Shown in pieces: positions 48,670-59,142 of a DNA stretch of 64,000 nucleotides. The translations under genes were made by a program, and so were the position numbers. The stretch covers positions 34,442 through 98,441 of the forward strand of contig MHFR01000060.1 of assembly GCA_001804285.1 (NCBI GenBank), given 5' to 3'. The notes under the pieces are model-generated. The model had not been told where the DNA came from and did not search any database. It was given only the letters and a program-made list of their open reading frames with translations. Within the stretch, counting starts at the first letter, position 1; each line of letters opens with the position of its first letter. The stretch comes from Candidatus Danuiimicrobium aquiferis. GTDB taxonomy: Bacteria > Omnitrophota > Omnitrophia > Omnitrophales > Danuiimicrobiaceae.

Positions 48670-49778
48670 ATGCTCAAAACCGCAAGATTATCACGGTGGA
48701 TCAGCTCATCCGTCCGTTTATAGCCTAACGAGTCCACTACTTGACTCGTTTTACGGCCTTTGATTTTGTTCACTTCTTCGCGCGAATAATTAATCAATCC
48801 GGTCGCAAAGACTTCCCCTTTTTGGTTGACTAACTCAACACGATCACCCACTTCAAACCCCCCCGAGCAAGAAACAACGCCGCCCGGCAATAAACTTTTT
48901 TTTGATTTCACAAGCGCCTGATATGCTCCATCATCAACAAAAACCTTTCCTTTCACGGATGCTGAATGCGCAAGCCATTTTTTCCGCGCGCTTGTCTTGC
49001 TGACTGTCGGATGAAAGAGCGAGCCAACTTCTTCGCCCTTGACTATTTTCTCAAAAACCTCTTCATCACGCCCGTTTGTCAGTACGATCGGAATTCCGGA
49101 TGTCATCGCCACTTTTGCAGCATTAAGTTTTGTTTTCATTCCCCCAGCCGTTTTTTCATTTTTCTTCACATAAATATGGGACATGTATTCTTTAAGCTCC
49201 TCAAGGGAATAAATATGTCTGACAAGCATCTTGTCTTTCGTATAAAAACCTTCGATATCACTTAGAAAAATCAATAAATCTGCTTCCACCATGTTGGCAA
49301 CTTGGGCCCCGAGCGTATCATTATCACCAAATTTAATTTCTTCCGTCGCCACGGTATCATTTTCATTGACAATGGGAACCGCTCCCATTTTCAAAAGCGC
49401 GTTGATTGTATTTTTGGCGTTTACGTATCGTTCGCGATTCTCCAGGCCGTCACGAGTCAATAAAATTTGTGCTGAATGATAACCTCGAGTGGAAAACGCG
49501 GTTTCATAGGCTTTCATCAATTTCCCCTGCCCAATCGCTGCACACGCCTGAAGGCCCGGAAGTGCTTTCGGCCGTTTTTCGAAATTCATCGTCTCCATTC
49601 CGAGCGCAATCGCACCTGAACTTACTAAAATAACTTCATAGCCTTTTTCAAGCAGGGCTACCAATTGATTAACAATTCTTTCAAGAACCGGAACCGAAAA
49701 ATCTCCGGATTCATCCGTTAAAATACTTGTGCCCAGCTTGATTACCCATCGTTTACTCCGAGGTGATTCGCCCTTCAT
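48666..49778 (-). CDS. proB: Glutamate 5-kinase with PUA domain
   Basis: AAK-family kinase N-domain plus C-terminal PUA. 'VIKLGTSILT'. Confidence 0.9.
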   Translation of the reverse strand: MKGESPRSKRWVIKLGTSILTDESGDFSVPVLERIVNQLVALLEKGYEVILVSSGAIALGMETMNFEKRPKALPGLQACAAIGQGKLMKAYETAFSTRGYHSAQILLTRDGLENRERYVNAKNTINALLKMGAVPIVNENDTVATEEIKFGDNDTLGAQVANMVEADLLIFLSDIEGFYTKDKMLVRHIYSLEELKEYMSHIYVKKNEKTAGGMKTKLNAAKVAMTSGIPIVLTNGRDEEVFEKIVKGEEVGSLFHPTVSKTSARKKWLAHSASVKGKVFVDDGAYQALVKSKKSLLPGGVVSCSGGFEVGDRVELVNQKGEVFATGLINYSREEVNKIKGRKTSQVVDSLGYKRTDELIHRDNLAVLSI

Positions 49779-50737
49779 AACGTTTCCTCCAAGTGCTTTG
49801 CCGCTTCATTCATTAATTCGTCCAATCCTGTTTTATCTTTGACTGAAATAAAGAAGATTTTTTCTGATCCGGGAAATAATTTATGCCGCACCATTTCTTC
49901 CTTCTCCAGAAGATCGGCTTTATTCACGATCACGACTCTCTGTTTTTTTAAGAAATCGAGGTTATACCGTTGGACAATATTGAGTAACATCTGGAATCCG
50001 TCAGACAAATCCGCCGAAAATTTCGAACCCACATCAACCACAAAAAAAAACAGCCGTGCCCGCTCAAGATGTTTCAAAAAATGCGTCCCCAGACCATGTT
50101 CCTCCTCCGATCCGTGATAAATAGACGGTAAATCACAAATCCGAAGTTGGCTTGTATCGGTCCGATATGTTCCAAGTTGCGGAGCTTTAGTCGAAAATGG
50201 ATAATCCGTCTCATGAACACCGGCCCCTGTTAAAGTTTTGAGAAACGCCGTTTTCCCGGAATTAGGAAGTCCGATCAAAACAATATCGGTAATTATTTTA
50301 TACGAAAGGAAAACATCGATTTCTTTCCCAGCCTCTCCGAGAGTCGCATCGCGATCCTGATGATTGCCATACCCCCGATGCCCTCCCTTCAACACCAGAA
50401 CCTGATCTCCCGATTCAATCATATCTCGGATGAGAAGTTGATCATCTTTGTTAAATACCGTCGTTCCGCAAGGCACAGAAATGATGCAATCATTTCCTTT
50501 GCGTCCGTATTTGTTGTTACTGAGTCCGGCCCCGCCGTGTTCGGCCTCAAACACTCTTTTGGATTTAAGGGAAAGCAGGCTTCCGACGTTACTGTCGGCT
50601 CGAATAATCACATCGCCGCCGTCACCGCCGTCACCGCCGTTCGGAATGACTTTCCGGTCCGGCCGGCGGAAAAGGCTTTCACACCCTTTTCCGCCATTGC
50701 CCGAACGGATGGTAATCGTCAGTTCATCAATAAACAT
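49775..50737 (-). CDS. obg: GTPase Obg/CgtA
   Basis: 'MFIDE...SGNGGKGCESLFR...GGDGGDGGDV' Obg fold. G-domain 'GLPNSGKT'. Confidence 0.9.
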   Translation of the reverse strand: MFIDELTITIRSGNGGKGCESLFRRPDRKVIPNGGDGGDGGDVIIRADSNVGSLLSLKSKRVFEAEHGGAGLSNNKYGRKGNDCIISVPCGTTVFNKDDQLLIRDMIESGDQVLVLKGGHRGYGNHQDRDATLGEAGKEIDVFLSYKIITDIVLIGLPNSGKTAFLKTLTGAGVHETDYPFSTKAPQLGTYRTDTSQLRICDLPSIYHGSEEEHGLGTHFLKHLERARLFFFVVDVGSKFSADLSDGFQMLLNIVQRYNLDFLKKQRVVIVNKADLLEKEEMVRHKLFPGSEKIFFISVKDKTGLDELMNEAAKHLEETL

Positions 50738-50766
50738 AAGGAGTTATCCTGAAAATTGTATTTTAA

Positions 50767-50807
50767 ACAAAAAAAGCTGAGCTGGGCTTTTGACGTCCCT
50801 TCTCAGC
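50767..50807 (-). terminator. Rho-independent terminator after rpmA (stem AAGCTGAGAAG/CCCAGCTCAGCTT followed by U7)
   Basis: Direct reading of the reverse complement: ...AAGCTGAGAAGGGACGTCAAAAGCCCAGCTCAGCTTTTTTTG. Confidence 0.75.
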
Positions 50808-50840
50808 TTTTATGATATCGCAATTCTTGAAAAAAGAAAT

Positions 50841-51086
50841 TCAATTATTAGGAACTAAGCAAACGGTTCGGTTCGGTTTAAATAGAACGACTCCATCCCG
50901 AAGAGCAAAAAGGGTATCGTCGGTTCCGCGCCTCACATAGTGGCCGGGTTTAAAACGCGTGCCCCTCTGCCGAACAATCACTGAACCTGCGCGGACAAAT
51001 TGACCGCCATACGCTTTCACTCCAAGCATTTGCGGATTTGAATCACGCCCGTTTGATGAACTTCCTTGTGCTTTTGTATGCGCCAT
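50841..51086 (-). CDS. rpmA: 50S ribosomal protein L27
   Basis: '[22 protein letters not shown]' L27 signature. Confidence 0.95.
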   Translation of the reverse strand: MAHTKAQGSSSNGRDSNPQMLGVKAYGGQFVRAGSVIVRQRGTRFKPGHYVRRGTDDTLFALRDGVVLFKPNRTVCLVPNN

Positions 51087-51091
51087 GACGT

Positions 51092-51418
51092 TTAGACTTC
51101 CTTTAACTGAATGGATTTAACTTTTAATTTGAGCAGAACTTGGCGATGTCCCTTTTTGCGTTTATATCCTTTGCGCCTCTTAAATTTAAAGTTGATGACT
51201 TTCTTTTGCTTTTCTTCACCTAAAACATCACACAAAACTTCTACATTGGTTAAATGCGGTTGGCCGAAAAAAACATTATCGCCATCCTTATAAGCAAGAA
51301 TCTGATCGAGTTTAACTTCCTTTGCCCCAGCCAGATCGAGCTTCTCAACTTTCACGACGGTATTTTCTTCCAACGTATATTGCCGCCCACCACTACTAAC
51401 GATAACATATTTTGACAT
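51092..51418 (-). CDS. rplU: 50S ribosomal protein L21
   Basis: '[14 protein letters not shown]' L21 start. rplU-rpmA-obg synteny. Confidence 0.9.
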   Translation of the reverse strand: MSKYVIVSSGGRQYTLEENTVVKVEKLDLAGAKEVKLDQILAYKDGDNVFFGQPHLTNVEVLCDVLGEEKQKKVINFKFKRRKGYKRKKGHRQVLLKLKVKSIQLKEV

Positions 51419-51584
51419 GAGCCTTTATCTCCTAAATTCTTATGAGTCCATCATTTAAAAGGCGTTAATTTTATTCGAATTTGCTCCATCTGTCAAATTT
51501 TAATAGTTTTAATTAGCCAATTTTTAAATAATTTATCGTAAATACATACTACTAAACAGCTTACAATTAAAAAGTAGAGTTGTT

Positions 51585-52988
51585 TTATCTCTTCTTTTTG
51601 CCGCCCATAAGATTCCTGAGCCATTCAGATGAAAAATCATCAAAAGAACGGGCCGTCACACTTTGAAACGCATCCGGGAAAGATTTCCCTTCCCCTATTT
51701 CGGTCAAGATTTGCTTCACTTTATAAAAACGGTATTTTTCAACCATTGCCGATGCAAGAGAAAAAGATTCTAAATAAAAAAGAAGCGCATCACTCGCTTC
51801 CAATTGATTGACATCACCGAAAATAATCTTATCAAGGCCTAACAGCTTTTGCGATTTGATAGCATCTTCAAGTAAAGCAAGATTAATCGGAACCGCTTTA
51901 TTTTCTTCGTATTGCGCAAGCCCCTCCTGCAACCAGACCGGCGCATGCATTCTGCTCATATCCAAAACAAACGCATGCGTTAATTCATGAAACGCTAATC
52001 TCTTAATGCTTTCTAACGTCATCGTTTCCGAATAGGCCGGTAATCGGATTTTCCCGTCATACAGTCCCCCCGACCAATGCGGGACCTGTCCCATCACGGT
52101 TTGATATTCACCTTTGTCATAAAGAATCACGGGGATTTTATATTGAGGATAAATATTATAATCCTGGGAAATTGTTCGGTAGGCTTCCCTCAAAACTTCG
52201 CGTATTTTTCCGCCTTCAAATTTTTCCCCGCGGCGATAGCGAATAATAAAATATTGATCTAAATACTGTTGCTGCGTTTTATCCACTTCTTTTTCCCGTG
52301 TCAATTTTTCAACTTTTTCCCGTACACGGGGATTTGAATTAAGCGAAAACGCTTTTCCATAATATATTTTCGCAGAATCCAAATCATGGTTAAGATTCGT
52401 AATATCTCCGAGCAATTCATAAGCATAGGGATTGCTTTGATCGAGTTCAATCGATTCTTTCAGTATTTTTTCAGCCACGTCAAATTCATGTTTGTTGAAA
52501 TGCTCGACTGCTTGATTATAAAGTTCCCGGCCGGAATTCATCTCAACCAATTGTTCCGCCTTTTGATTGCCCTCTTCAAGCAAATATTCTTTCGCGGTTG
52601 CCACCTCACGTTTGATCCTGGATTTGGCCTTAAGTTCTTCTCTTGAAAATTCCCGCGCCGGGATTTCATCCACTTTTTGCATCAGGCTTTCCGCTTTTTT
52701 TAAATACGTACCGGCCTGATCAAATTTTCCTTGTTCAATCAGCTTTTTGCTGTATTCATCGCAAGCGGTCAAATAAGAATTAATGGCATCCGAATTTTTT
52801 GGATCACGCACTAACACTGTTTCAAGCACTGAAATCCCGGCCTGATACGCACCCTGCCCGATCAAGACTTCCGCTTTTTTAACGAGGGTGGCATAATCGC
52901 TCTGACCGCCGTATGCGTGGCCATGAACCAGCAAAAAAAAGCCCATAACCATGAAATAAAATTGACTTTTTTTCATTGTGGTTCCCAC
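51585..52988 (-). CDS. Secreted TPR-repeat protein with C-terminal DUF1570 HExxH putative metallopeptidase domain
   Basis: Signal peptide. TPR-like helical repeats. 'LAFHELTHAFVL' HExxH plus 'LQEGLAQYEE'. Paralog of 26120..27379. Confidence 0.6.
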   Translation of the reverse strand: MGTTMKKSQFYFMVMGFFLLVHGHAYGGQSDYATLVKKAEVLIGQGAYQAGISVLETVLVRDPKNSDAINSYLTACDEYSKKLIEQGKFDQAGTYLKKAESLMQKVDEIPAREFSREELKAKSRIKREVATAKEYLLEEGNQKAEQLVEMNSGRELYNQAVEHFNKHEFDVAEKILKESIELDQSNPYAYELLGDITNLNHDLDSAKIYYGKAFSLNSNPRVREKVEKLTREKEVDKTQQQYLDQYFIIRYRRGEKFEGGKIREVLREAYRTISQDYNIYPQYKIPVILYDKGEYQTVMGQVPHWSGGLYDGKIRLPAYSETMTLESIKRLAFHELTHAFVLDMSRMHAPVWLQEGLAQYEENKAVPINLALLEDAIKSQKLLGLDKIIFGDVNQLEASDALLFYLESFSLASAMVEKYRFYKVKQILTEIGEGKSFPDAFQSVTARSFDDFSSEWLRNLMGGKKKR

Positions 52989-54085
52989 CTTTCTGCAACG
53001 CGAATCCGTTTCCCAATCGGCGGATGATCGTAAAATAAAAATTCAATCACGGGGTGCGGTTCCGGATCGGCCAGATTCATCAAACTCAATTTTTGCATCG
53101 CCGAAATAAACGCGTTTTTATTCTTGTTTGCCTCAAGAGCAAACCGGTCCGCTCGAAATTCAACATGCCTTGAAAATCCATTCGCTAACGGCCCCGTGAC
53201 GAGTCCGAACAAAAAGAAAATAGAGCACACCAAAGGAAACGCTCTAATATCTCCTGCCCCAGCATAGCCGAAGAATCGGGAAATCGTATCAATCGTCACA
53301 AAACAAATCCAAAACCCGATGAAACTTATCACTACCCCAAGAAAAAATTGCTTCCAGATATCCCGGTGTTTAAAATGCCCCAGCTCATGGGCAAGCACCG
53401 TTTCGATTTCATCATGCGAAAATGATTTTAATAATGTATCGGCTAAAATGACCCGTTTCGTTTTCCCAAAACCTGTAAACGCCGCGTTGGCTTTTTTCGT
53501 CGTTTTGCTCAAATTTAACGATGATATATTTTTCACTTCCATTCCGAAACGTCTTGCAAGGTTTTCAATTCTTTGTTTTAGCTCTTCATCATGAATCGGA
53601 CTATATTGATAAAAAAGAGGGATAATGAGAACCGGAAATAATTTGCCAAGGATCAGAGAAAAAGCGGCGTAAGCTATCCACGCCCAAAGCCACCACCAAT
53701 GTTCGAAATTCCAGATCAGCGCGTAGAGCAAAATTACAAGGGCCAGCATCATCGCAAATGAGAGTACAATCTGCTTTATAAATTCAGCCAGCCAACCCCG
53801 GAAATTTTGATTTGAAAGTTGATATTCGTGTTCCAGCATAAATCCTGAATAAAAGTCAAGCGGCAATGATAGAATGAGTAAATAAATAGAAAAAAATAAA
53901 AAATAAATCGAAAGCATCACATACGGTCTCGAGGATATCACGGCCGCCCACGAATAAAACATATCCGTCCACCGGAAAAGAATCACGAGCTCCAATATCG
54001 CAAGCGTCAGAAGAAGATTGTAAAGTCTAAGCCAATTTCTTTTGGTCTGATACGCTTTAGCCCTATTTGTGGTTTCGCCGGTCAT
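52973..54085 (-). CDS. M48-family integral-membrane zinc metalloprotease (Ste24/HtpX-like)
   Basis: 'VLAHELGHFKHRD' HExxH in an M48 context. Multiple TM segments. Confidence 0.8.
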   Translation of the reverse strand: MTGETTNRAKAYQTKRNWLRLYNLLLTLAILELVILFRWTDMFYSWAAVISSRPYVMLSIYFLFFSIYLLILSLPLDFYSGFMLEHEYQLSNQNFRGWLAEFIKQIVLSFAMMLALVILLYALIWNFEHWWWLWAWIAYAAFSLILGKLFPVLIIPLFYQYSPIHDEELKQRIENLARRFGMEVKNISSLNLSKTTKKANAAFTGFGKTKRVILADTLLKSFSHDEIETVLAHELGHFKHRDIWKQFFLGVVISFIGFWICFVTIDTISRFFGYAGAGDIRAFPLVCSIFFLFGLVTGPLANGFSRHVEFRADRFALEANKNKNAFISAMQKLSLMNLADPEPHPVIEFLFYDHPPIGKRIRVAERWEPQ

Positions 54086-54100
54086 CCCGGAACCGCCTTT

Positions 54101-54426
54101 CTAACCCGACTTTCTCATCGATTTTATGAATCGACGAGAAAGTCGCTTTGGGCGCAATCAGTTGCGTCCGTGGCTTCCCCCCGGGCAAGCCCGGGGCACC
54201 TTTCAAAATCTGGCCTCGCTTGGAATTTTCTCTTTCCATGCTCGGCACGCCCTTCGGGCGCCATTCACCCCCGGGCAAGCCCGGGGAGCTCAAAGCGGCG
54301 TAAAGTTTTGCGCCCTTATTAAATCAGAGCGCAAAAGATAAGCCCTGCGGCGCAAAGACGCAAACAGCTTTGCACCGCAGCTCTTACGAGCGGAATTTCT
54401 TATTAACAATAAGAAATCCGGGCTAA
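54101..54426. repeat. Family B MITE-like element, composite copy B6 (about 326 bp, reverse orientation, with an extra ~140-bp insert carrying two CCCCGGGCAAGCCCGGGG hairpins)
   Basis: CTAACCCGACTTTCTCATCGATTTTATGAATCGACGAGAAAGTCG...GCGGAATTTCTTATTAACAATAAGAAATCCGGGCTAA matches the reverse complement of B2 end to end. Sits between the uvrD 3' end and the M48 peptidase start. Confidence 0.85.
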
Positions 54427-54446
54427 TCATCATAAAGAATCCGGTT

Positions 54447-56480
54447 TCACTTCCGCTCTCTATCGTCAAATTCAATGACTTCTTCAAATTCAATCGGAAC
54501 TTCTAAAATCGAATTTTCCTCATATAAATGTCCCGGAATTTCTCCTAAGAAGCGGGAAGGCAAATTGTGATGCCGCGTTCCGTAAAGATGCCTCGACTGC
54601 GTATAGACCAAATAAAGTTTTTCTTTTGCGCGCGTCATCCCCACATAACAAAGACGCCGTTCTTCTTCCAACTCGGCGATATCCTCCCCAAACGAATTGA
54701 CATGCGGAAAAATTTCCTCTTCCATCCCCACCATAAACACAATCGGGAACTCGAGGCCCTTCGCCACATGCAGCGTCATCAACGTACAACAGTCGCTGCC
54801 ACCTTCCCATGAGTCGAGATCCGTCATGAGCGTAATACTTTCAATAAATGCCTCAAGCATGCTTCCCGGAGAATCCTCTTTTTCCGATTTGACCGCATAC
54901 GCTTCGGGATTTCTTTTCCACCTTTCTTCAAACTCTTGAATCACCGTGTAAAACTCCTGAATGTTCTCAAGGCGGACTTTAGATTCGAACGTCCGTTCGT
55001 CTTCCAAGGCTTTCAGGTACCCCGAACGGTCGAGGACTTCTTCCAGAATTTCGTTCAGCATCATCTTGTTTTTTCTTGTCCTCAATTCGGAAACCATCCG
55101 GAAAAATAATTTAATCGAATTCTTGGCCTTCATCCCGATCTTTTCCACCACGTCCACTTTGGCTAAAATCTGATCAAGCGGTAATCCTTGGGCCCAGCGA
55201 TAATCATCTAAAACTTCAATCGTTTTCTTGCCGATGCCCCGGTTCGGCACATTGACAATGCGTTTAAAACTCACATAATCTTCGGGAAACGCAATCAATT
55301 TCAAATACGCAATCATGTCTTTGATTTCTTTGCGGTCATAGAACCGGACACCCCCGATAATTTTGTAAGGAACGTTATTCCGCCTCAGCTCATCTTCCAG
55401 AACCCGTGACTGGGCGTGAAGACGATAAAAAATAACGCAATCCGCCAGAGTTCCGCGCTCTTTTTGATATTCGAGAATTTTTTGAACCGTAAAGTGCGCT
55501 TCCTCTCTTTCATCGTACGCTGAAAAAAGCCCGATTTTTTCACCGCTCTCGCGTTCCGTCCACAGATTTTTCGGTTTCCGAGACGCATTACAAGAAATCA
55601 ATGCATTCGCAGCTTCAAGAATATTCGCAGACGAGCGGTAATTTTGTTCCAACTTCACCACCATACATTCGGGATAATCCCTTTCAAATTCGAGGATATT
55701 CCGGATATCGGCTCCGCGCCATGCGTAAATAGACTGATCCGGATCCCCCACCACCGTAATATTCTGATACTTCCGCGCTAAATGCTGAACGAGCGAATAT
55801 TGAGCGTGATTTGTGTCCTGATATTCATCAATCAATATATGTTTAAACCTTTCCTGCCACTCGCTCAAAATATCTGGATTTTGATCGAATAACTGAACTA
55901 CTTTCATAATCAAATCTCCGAAATCACATGCATTGAGCGAAGCAAGCTTTTGCTCATACCGCTCATAAATCTGTGCAACCATTTCTTCGAAATATTCTCC
56001 GGCCTGTTCCGCATAGGCTTTCGGCGTCAGGAGAAAATCTTTTGCACGATGAATGGCTTCGCGAACCCCTTTGGGATTGATCCGTTTGTCATTTTTCTGG
56101 AGTTCTTCCATGCATTCTTTGATCAACACCAGCTGATCGTAATCATCGTATATTGAAAATCCGGAACGAAGCCCGATGGCTTCCCCTTCGATCCGCAAAA
56201 TCCTAAGGCACGTGGAGTGAAAGGTGGAAATCCAAACATCCTGTCGGACCAATTGGCTGACACGCCGTTTCATTTCTTCCGCGGCCTTATTAGTAAAGGT
56301 GACGCCCAGAATGTTAAATGACGGGACTTTATGTTCCGCTATTAGATAGGCGATTCGGAAAGTCAGAATTCTCGTTTTTCCGCTTCCCGCACCGGCAAGG
56401 GCAAGCAGCGGCCCCGGAGGCGCGGTCACGGCTTTCAGTTGCTCAGAATTTAATTTTTGAAGCAACTCAGTCGTATTCAT
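54447..56480 (-). CDS. ATP-dependent DNA helicase UvrD/PcrA (SF1)
   Basis: 'LLALAGAGSGKTRILTFRIAYLI' motif I. 'DEYQDTN' motif II. 677 aa. Confidence 0.9.
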   Translation of the reverse strand: MNTTELLQKLNSEQLKAVTAPPGPLLALAGAGSGKTRILTFRIAYLIAEHKVPSFNILGVTFTNKAAEEMKRRVSQLVRQDVWISTFHSTCLRILRIEGEAIGLRSGFSIYDDYDQLVLIKECMEELQKNDKRINPKGVREAIHRAKDFLLTPKAYAEQAGEYFEEMVAQIYERYEQKLASLNACDFGDLIMKVVQLFDQNPDILSEWQERFKHILIDEYQDTNHAQYSLVQHLARKYQNITVVGDPDQSIYAWRGADIRNILEFERDYPECMVVKLEQNYRSSANILEAANALISCNASRKPKNLWTERESGEKIGLFSAYDEREEAHFTVQKILEYQKERGTLADCVIFYRLHAQSRVLEDELRRNNVPYKIIGGVRFYDRKEIKDMIAYLKLIAFPEDYVSFKRIVNVPNRGIGKKTIEVLDDYRWAQGLPLDQILAKVDVVEKIGMKAKNSIKLFFRMVSELRTRKNKMMLNEILEEVLDRSGYLKALEDERTFESKVRLENIQEFYTVIQEFEERWKRNPEAYAVKSEKEDSPGSMLEAFIESITLMTDLDSWEGGSDCCTLMTLHVAKGLEFPIVFMVGMEEEIFPHVNSFGEDIAELEEERRLCYVGMTRAKEKLYLVYTQSRHLYGTRHHNLPSRFLGEIPGHLYEENSILEVPIEFEEVIEFDDRERK

Positions 56481-56857
56481 GGCTGCATTTCAATCGCAGC
56501 TTTTGCGCTAAAGGCTTTTTTAAAATCATAAACATCCTTAAAATCATTAATCGAATCTTCTTCCGTTTTTCGCATCAGTCCAAGATCAACCATCGCAAAT
56601 ACAATATTCCCAAAGTCTATTGTGCCCGTAATCCCCCAATATTCAAATACAGAGCACACCATCGGGCCAAACTGGTCAAGTGCATACGCCCGGATCCCTT
56701 TGCAGAATTCCTGCCCCGTAATGTGACGCAGCGGATTAATCTTCTGCATGGTATAATGCAACGCAGACAGGGCAAAGCTATACGCCTCAAGCTTATATTT
56801 CGGGTTTTTCTCGAGTAAACTATGAATTTTTTGAAGCATCTGTTCGGGTGTGTCCAT
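56477..56857 (-). CDS. Hypothetical protein translationally coupled (4-nt overlap) to the uvrD/pcrA-like helicase
   Basis: 126 aa, no motif recognised. Confidence 0.45.
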   Translation of the reverse strand: MDTPEQMLQKIHSLLEKNPKYKLEAYSFALSALHYTMQKINPLRHITGQEFCKGIRAYALDQFGPMVCSVFEYWGITGTIDFGNIVFAMVDLGLMRKTEEDSINDFKDVYDFKKAFSAKAAIEMQP

Positions 56858-56911
56858 TGTCTTTCCTATGTGAATTTGCAGGTTGGCTTACGCTGACGTT
56901 TCATTTAAACA

Positions 56912-57622
56912 TCATACCATATGAGGCTCGGGGATGATAGCCTCCTTCCCCTCCCAGGCAGATATCTCTTCCTGCACAAGGGGAATCTCCCGCAATTCAC
57001 AACAGAAATAATTTCCAAAAGCGTTCGCGAGCGATTGACGCAATTTGATTTCGGATATATTTCGGTTTAATTCCCTCAAAACGTCTAAGGCAATTGAACC
57101 TTGATGCAATAAAAATCCGAGACTTCGTTTCTGTCCCGCTCCGGCAATTTTTCTGCCACAACACATCACATCATACAAAACCGGTTTTTGGAAACATAAA
57201 TCTTGAGGCGTTGATTTCGTCCCCACGGAAAATAATTCTGCTTCGGCCCCTACTTCTGACAACGCTTTTATTAAAACCGAATGAATCTCGCCATAACTTT
57301 CGAGGACATGACTTAACTTGTCAAACAAACGGAATGGCACAATCACAGAATAAATCAAATCTTCACCGTGACAGACAACACCCCCGCCTGTCGGTCGCTG
57401 CGCTATTTTCGTTTTGGCCAAATAATCCGGCAAAACATTATTTTTGCCGCAGCCAACAGTTACCGATGGATTTTCAAAACGATAAATCCGTAATATTGGG
57501 TTAGGATCATTGGCCTTGATGCTTTCCGAAAACAAATACCGGTCAACGGCCATATTAAATGCGGCATTATAAATTCCATCATTGATATAACGCAAATAGA
57601 CCACTGGGGTTTTCCTTTTCAA
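56912..57622 (-). CDS. Lipoate-protein ligase / octanoyltransferase, LplA-LipM family catalytic domain
   Basis: 'AQRPTGGGVVCHGEDLIYSVIVP' and 'GRKIAGAGQK' (catalytic Lys) BPL_LplA_LipB motifs. Adjacent to the gcv genes (GcvH lipoylation). Confidence 0.7.
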   Translation of the reverse strand: MKRKTPVVYLRYINDGIYNAAFNMAVDRYLFSESIKANDPNPILRIYRFENPSVTVGCGKNNVLPDYLAKTKIAQRPTGGGVVCHGEDLIYSVIVPFRLFDKLSHVLESYGEIHSVLIKALSEVGAEAELFSVGTKSTPQDLCFQKPVLYDVMCCGRKIAGAGQKRSLGFLLHQGSIALDVLRELNRNISEIKLRQSLANAFGNYFCCELREIPLVQEEISAWEGKEAIIPEPHMV

Positions 57623-57654
57623 CGTTTAAAATCGCGATAGGACAAAACTTTCTG

Positions 57655-59142
57655 TTATCGCTCAATATCTCGAAAGCTTAAAACCGGATTCCTCGCGGCC
57701 AAAACTTCATCCGGCCGACTGATGGGCGTCGTATACGGCGCGTTCTTGAGAATGTCGGGCGACTCATTTGCTTCTCTATGAATTTGGCGCATCACGTCAA
57801 CAAACCGATCCAGCATTTCCTTTGATTCCGTTTCCGTTGGCTCGATCATCAGCGCCTCTTTCACAATCAATGGAAAATGAACGGTCGGCGCATGAATCCC
57901 GTAATCAAGAAGCCGTTTCCCAAAATCCCCGGCATGAAGCCCTTTCGAATCGAAATTGCTCGTTGAAATAACAAATTCATGCATGCAAAAATCGTTATAA
58001 GGAACATTATAAATTGTGCTTAACTTTTTCCGGAGATAATTAGCATTCACCACCGCATCATGACTCACACGCTTCAATCCATCCAACCCAAGCATCCGGA
58101 TATACACATACGCACGGATCAGCACTCCGACATTTCCATAAAACGATTTCACTTTCCCAATCGAGGCCGGCCGATTGTAATCAAACCCATATTGGCCGTC
58201 CTTTTTCACGATCGAGGGAACCGGAAGAAACGGAATAAGGGTTTTGCTCACCCCAACCGGTCCCGCTCCAGGGCCCCCACAGCCGTGGGGAGTTGAAAAT
58301 GTTTTGTGAAGATTAAGATGAATAATATCAAACCCCATGTCACCGGGACGAAGATTGCCGACTAATGCATTCAAATTCGCCCCGTCATAATATAAAAGAG
58401 CGCCTTTCCGGTGAACTGCCTCACAAATCTGAAGGATATCATCTTCAAAAAGTCCCAGCGTATTCGGATTCGTCAACATCAAACAAGCGGCCCGGTCATC
58501 AAGTGCCGCTTCCAGGGCTATTAAATCAACACGGCCTCTCGCATTCGACGGAATCTGCACCACCTCAAAGCCACATTGTCCGGCTGACGCGGGATTCGTT
58601 CCGTGACTGGAATCCGGCACAAGCACACGAGTCCGCTTCGTATCGCCGCGCGACAAATGATAGGCGCGTGTAATCATCATGCCGGTTAATTCACCGTGCG
58701 CTCCGGCTGCGGGTTGAAGGCTCACTTCCGCCATTCCGGTTATTTCTGAAAGTGCCGTTGAAAGTTCGTGCAAAATCCGCAACATTCCTTGCACTTCGCT
58801 TATATCCTGATAGGGATGAATCCACGAAAATCCTTCCAGCCCTGCAATGTCTTCATTGATTTTGGGGTTATATTTCATCGTACAGCTTCCGAGCGGATAA
58901 AAATGTGTATCAACACTGAAATTTTTCCGGGAAAGATTAATGAAGTGCCGTATGAGTTCCGATTCTGTCAGCTGTGGAAGCCTTGCCCCGGAAGCACGTT
59001 GAAGTGACTGAGGAATCAGCTTTCCGAAATTCCGGTTTTGAAATTTCCGTTTCGGCAATGGCGTCCCGGATTTTCCGGGCTTACTCTTTTCGAAAAGAAG
59101 CTTCGAATCTTGTTCCAAGTTAATGTGTGATTCTACGTTCAT
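57655..59142 (-). CDS. gcvPB: Glycine dehydrogenase (decarboxylating) subunit 2 (P-protein C-terminal subunit)
   Basis: PLP-dependent. 'HLNLHKTFSTPHGCGGPG' motif with PLP lysine. Confidence 0.9.
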   Translation of the reverse strand: MNVESHINLEQDSKLLFEKSKPGKSGTPLPKRKFQNRNFGKLIPQSLQRASGARLPQLTESELIRHFINLSRKNFSVDTHFYPLGSCTMKYNPKINEDIAGLEGFSWIHPYQDISEVQGMLRILHELSTALSEITGMAEVSLQPAAGAHGELTGMMITRAYHLSRGDTKRTRVLVPDSSHGTNPASAGQCGFEVVQIPSNARGRVDLIALEAALDDRAACLMLTNPNTLGLFEDDILQICEAVHRKGALLYYDGANLNALVGNLRPGDMGFDIIHLNLHKTFSTPHGCGGPGAGPVGVSKTLIPFLPVPSIVKKDGQYGFDYNRPASIGKVKSFYGNVGVLIRAYVYIRMLGLDGLKRVSHDAVVNANYLRKKLSTIYNVPYNDFCMHEFVISTSNFDSKGLHAGDFGKRLLDYGIHAPTVHFPLIVKEALMIEPTETESKEMLDRFVDVMRQIHREANESPDILKNAPYTTPISRPDEVLAARNPVLSFRDIER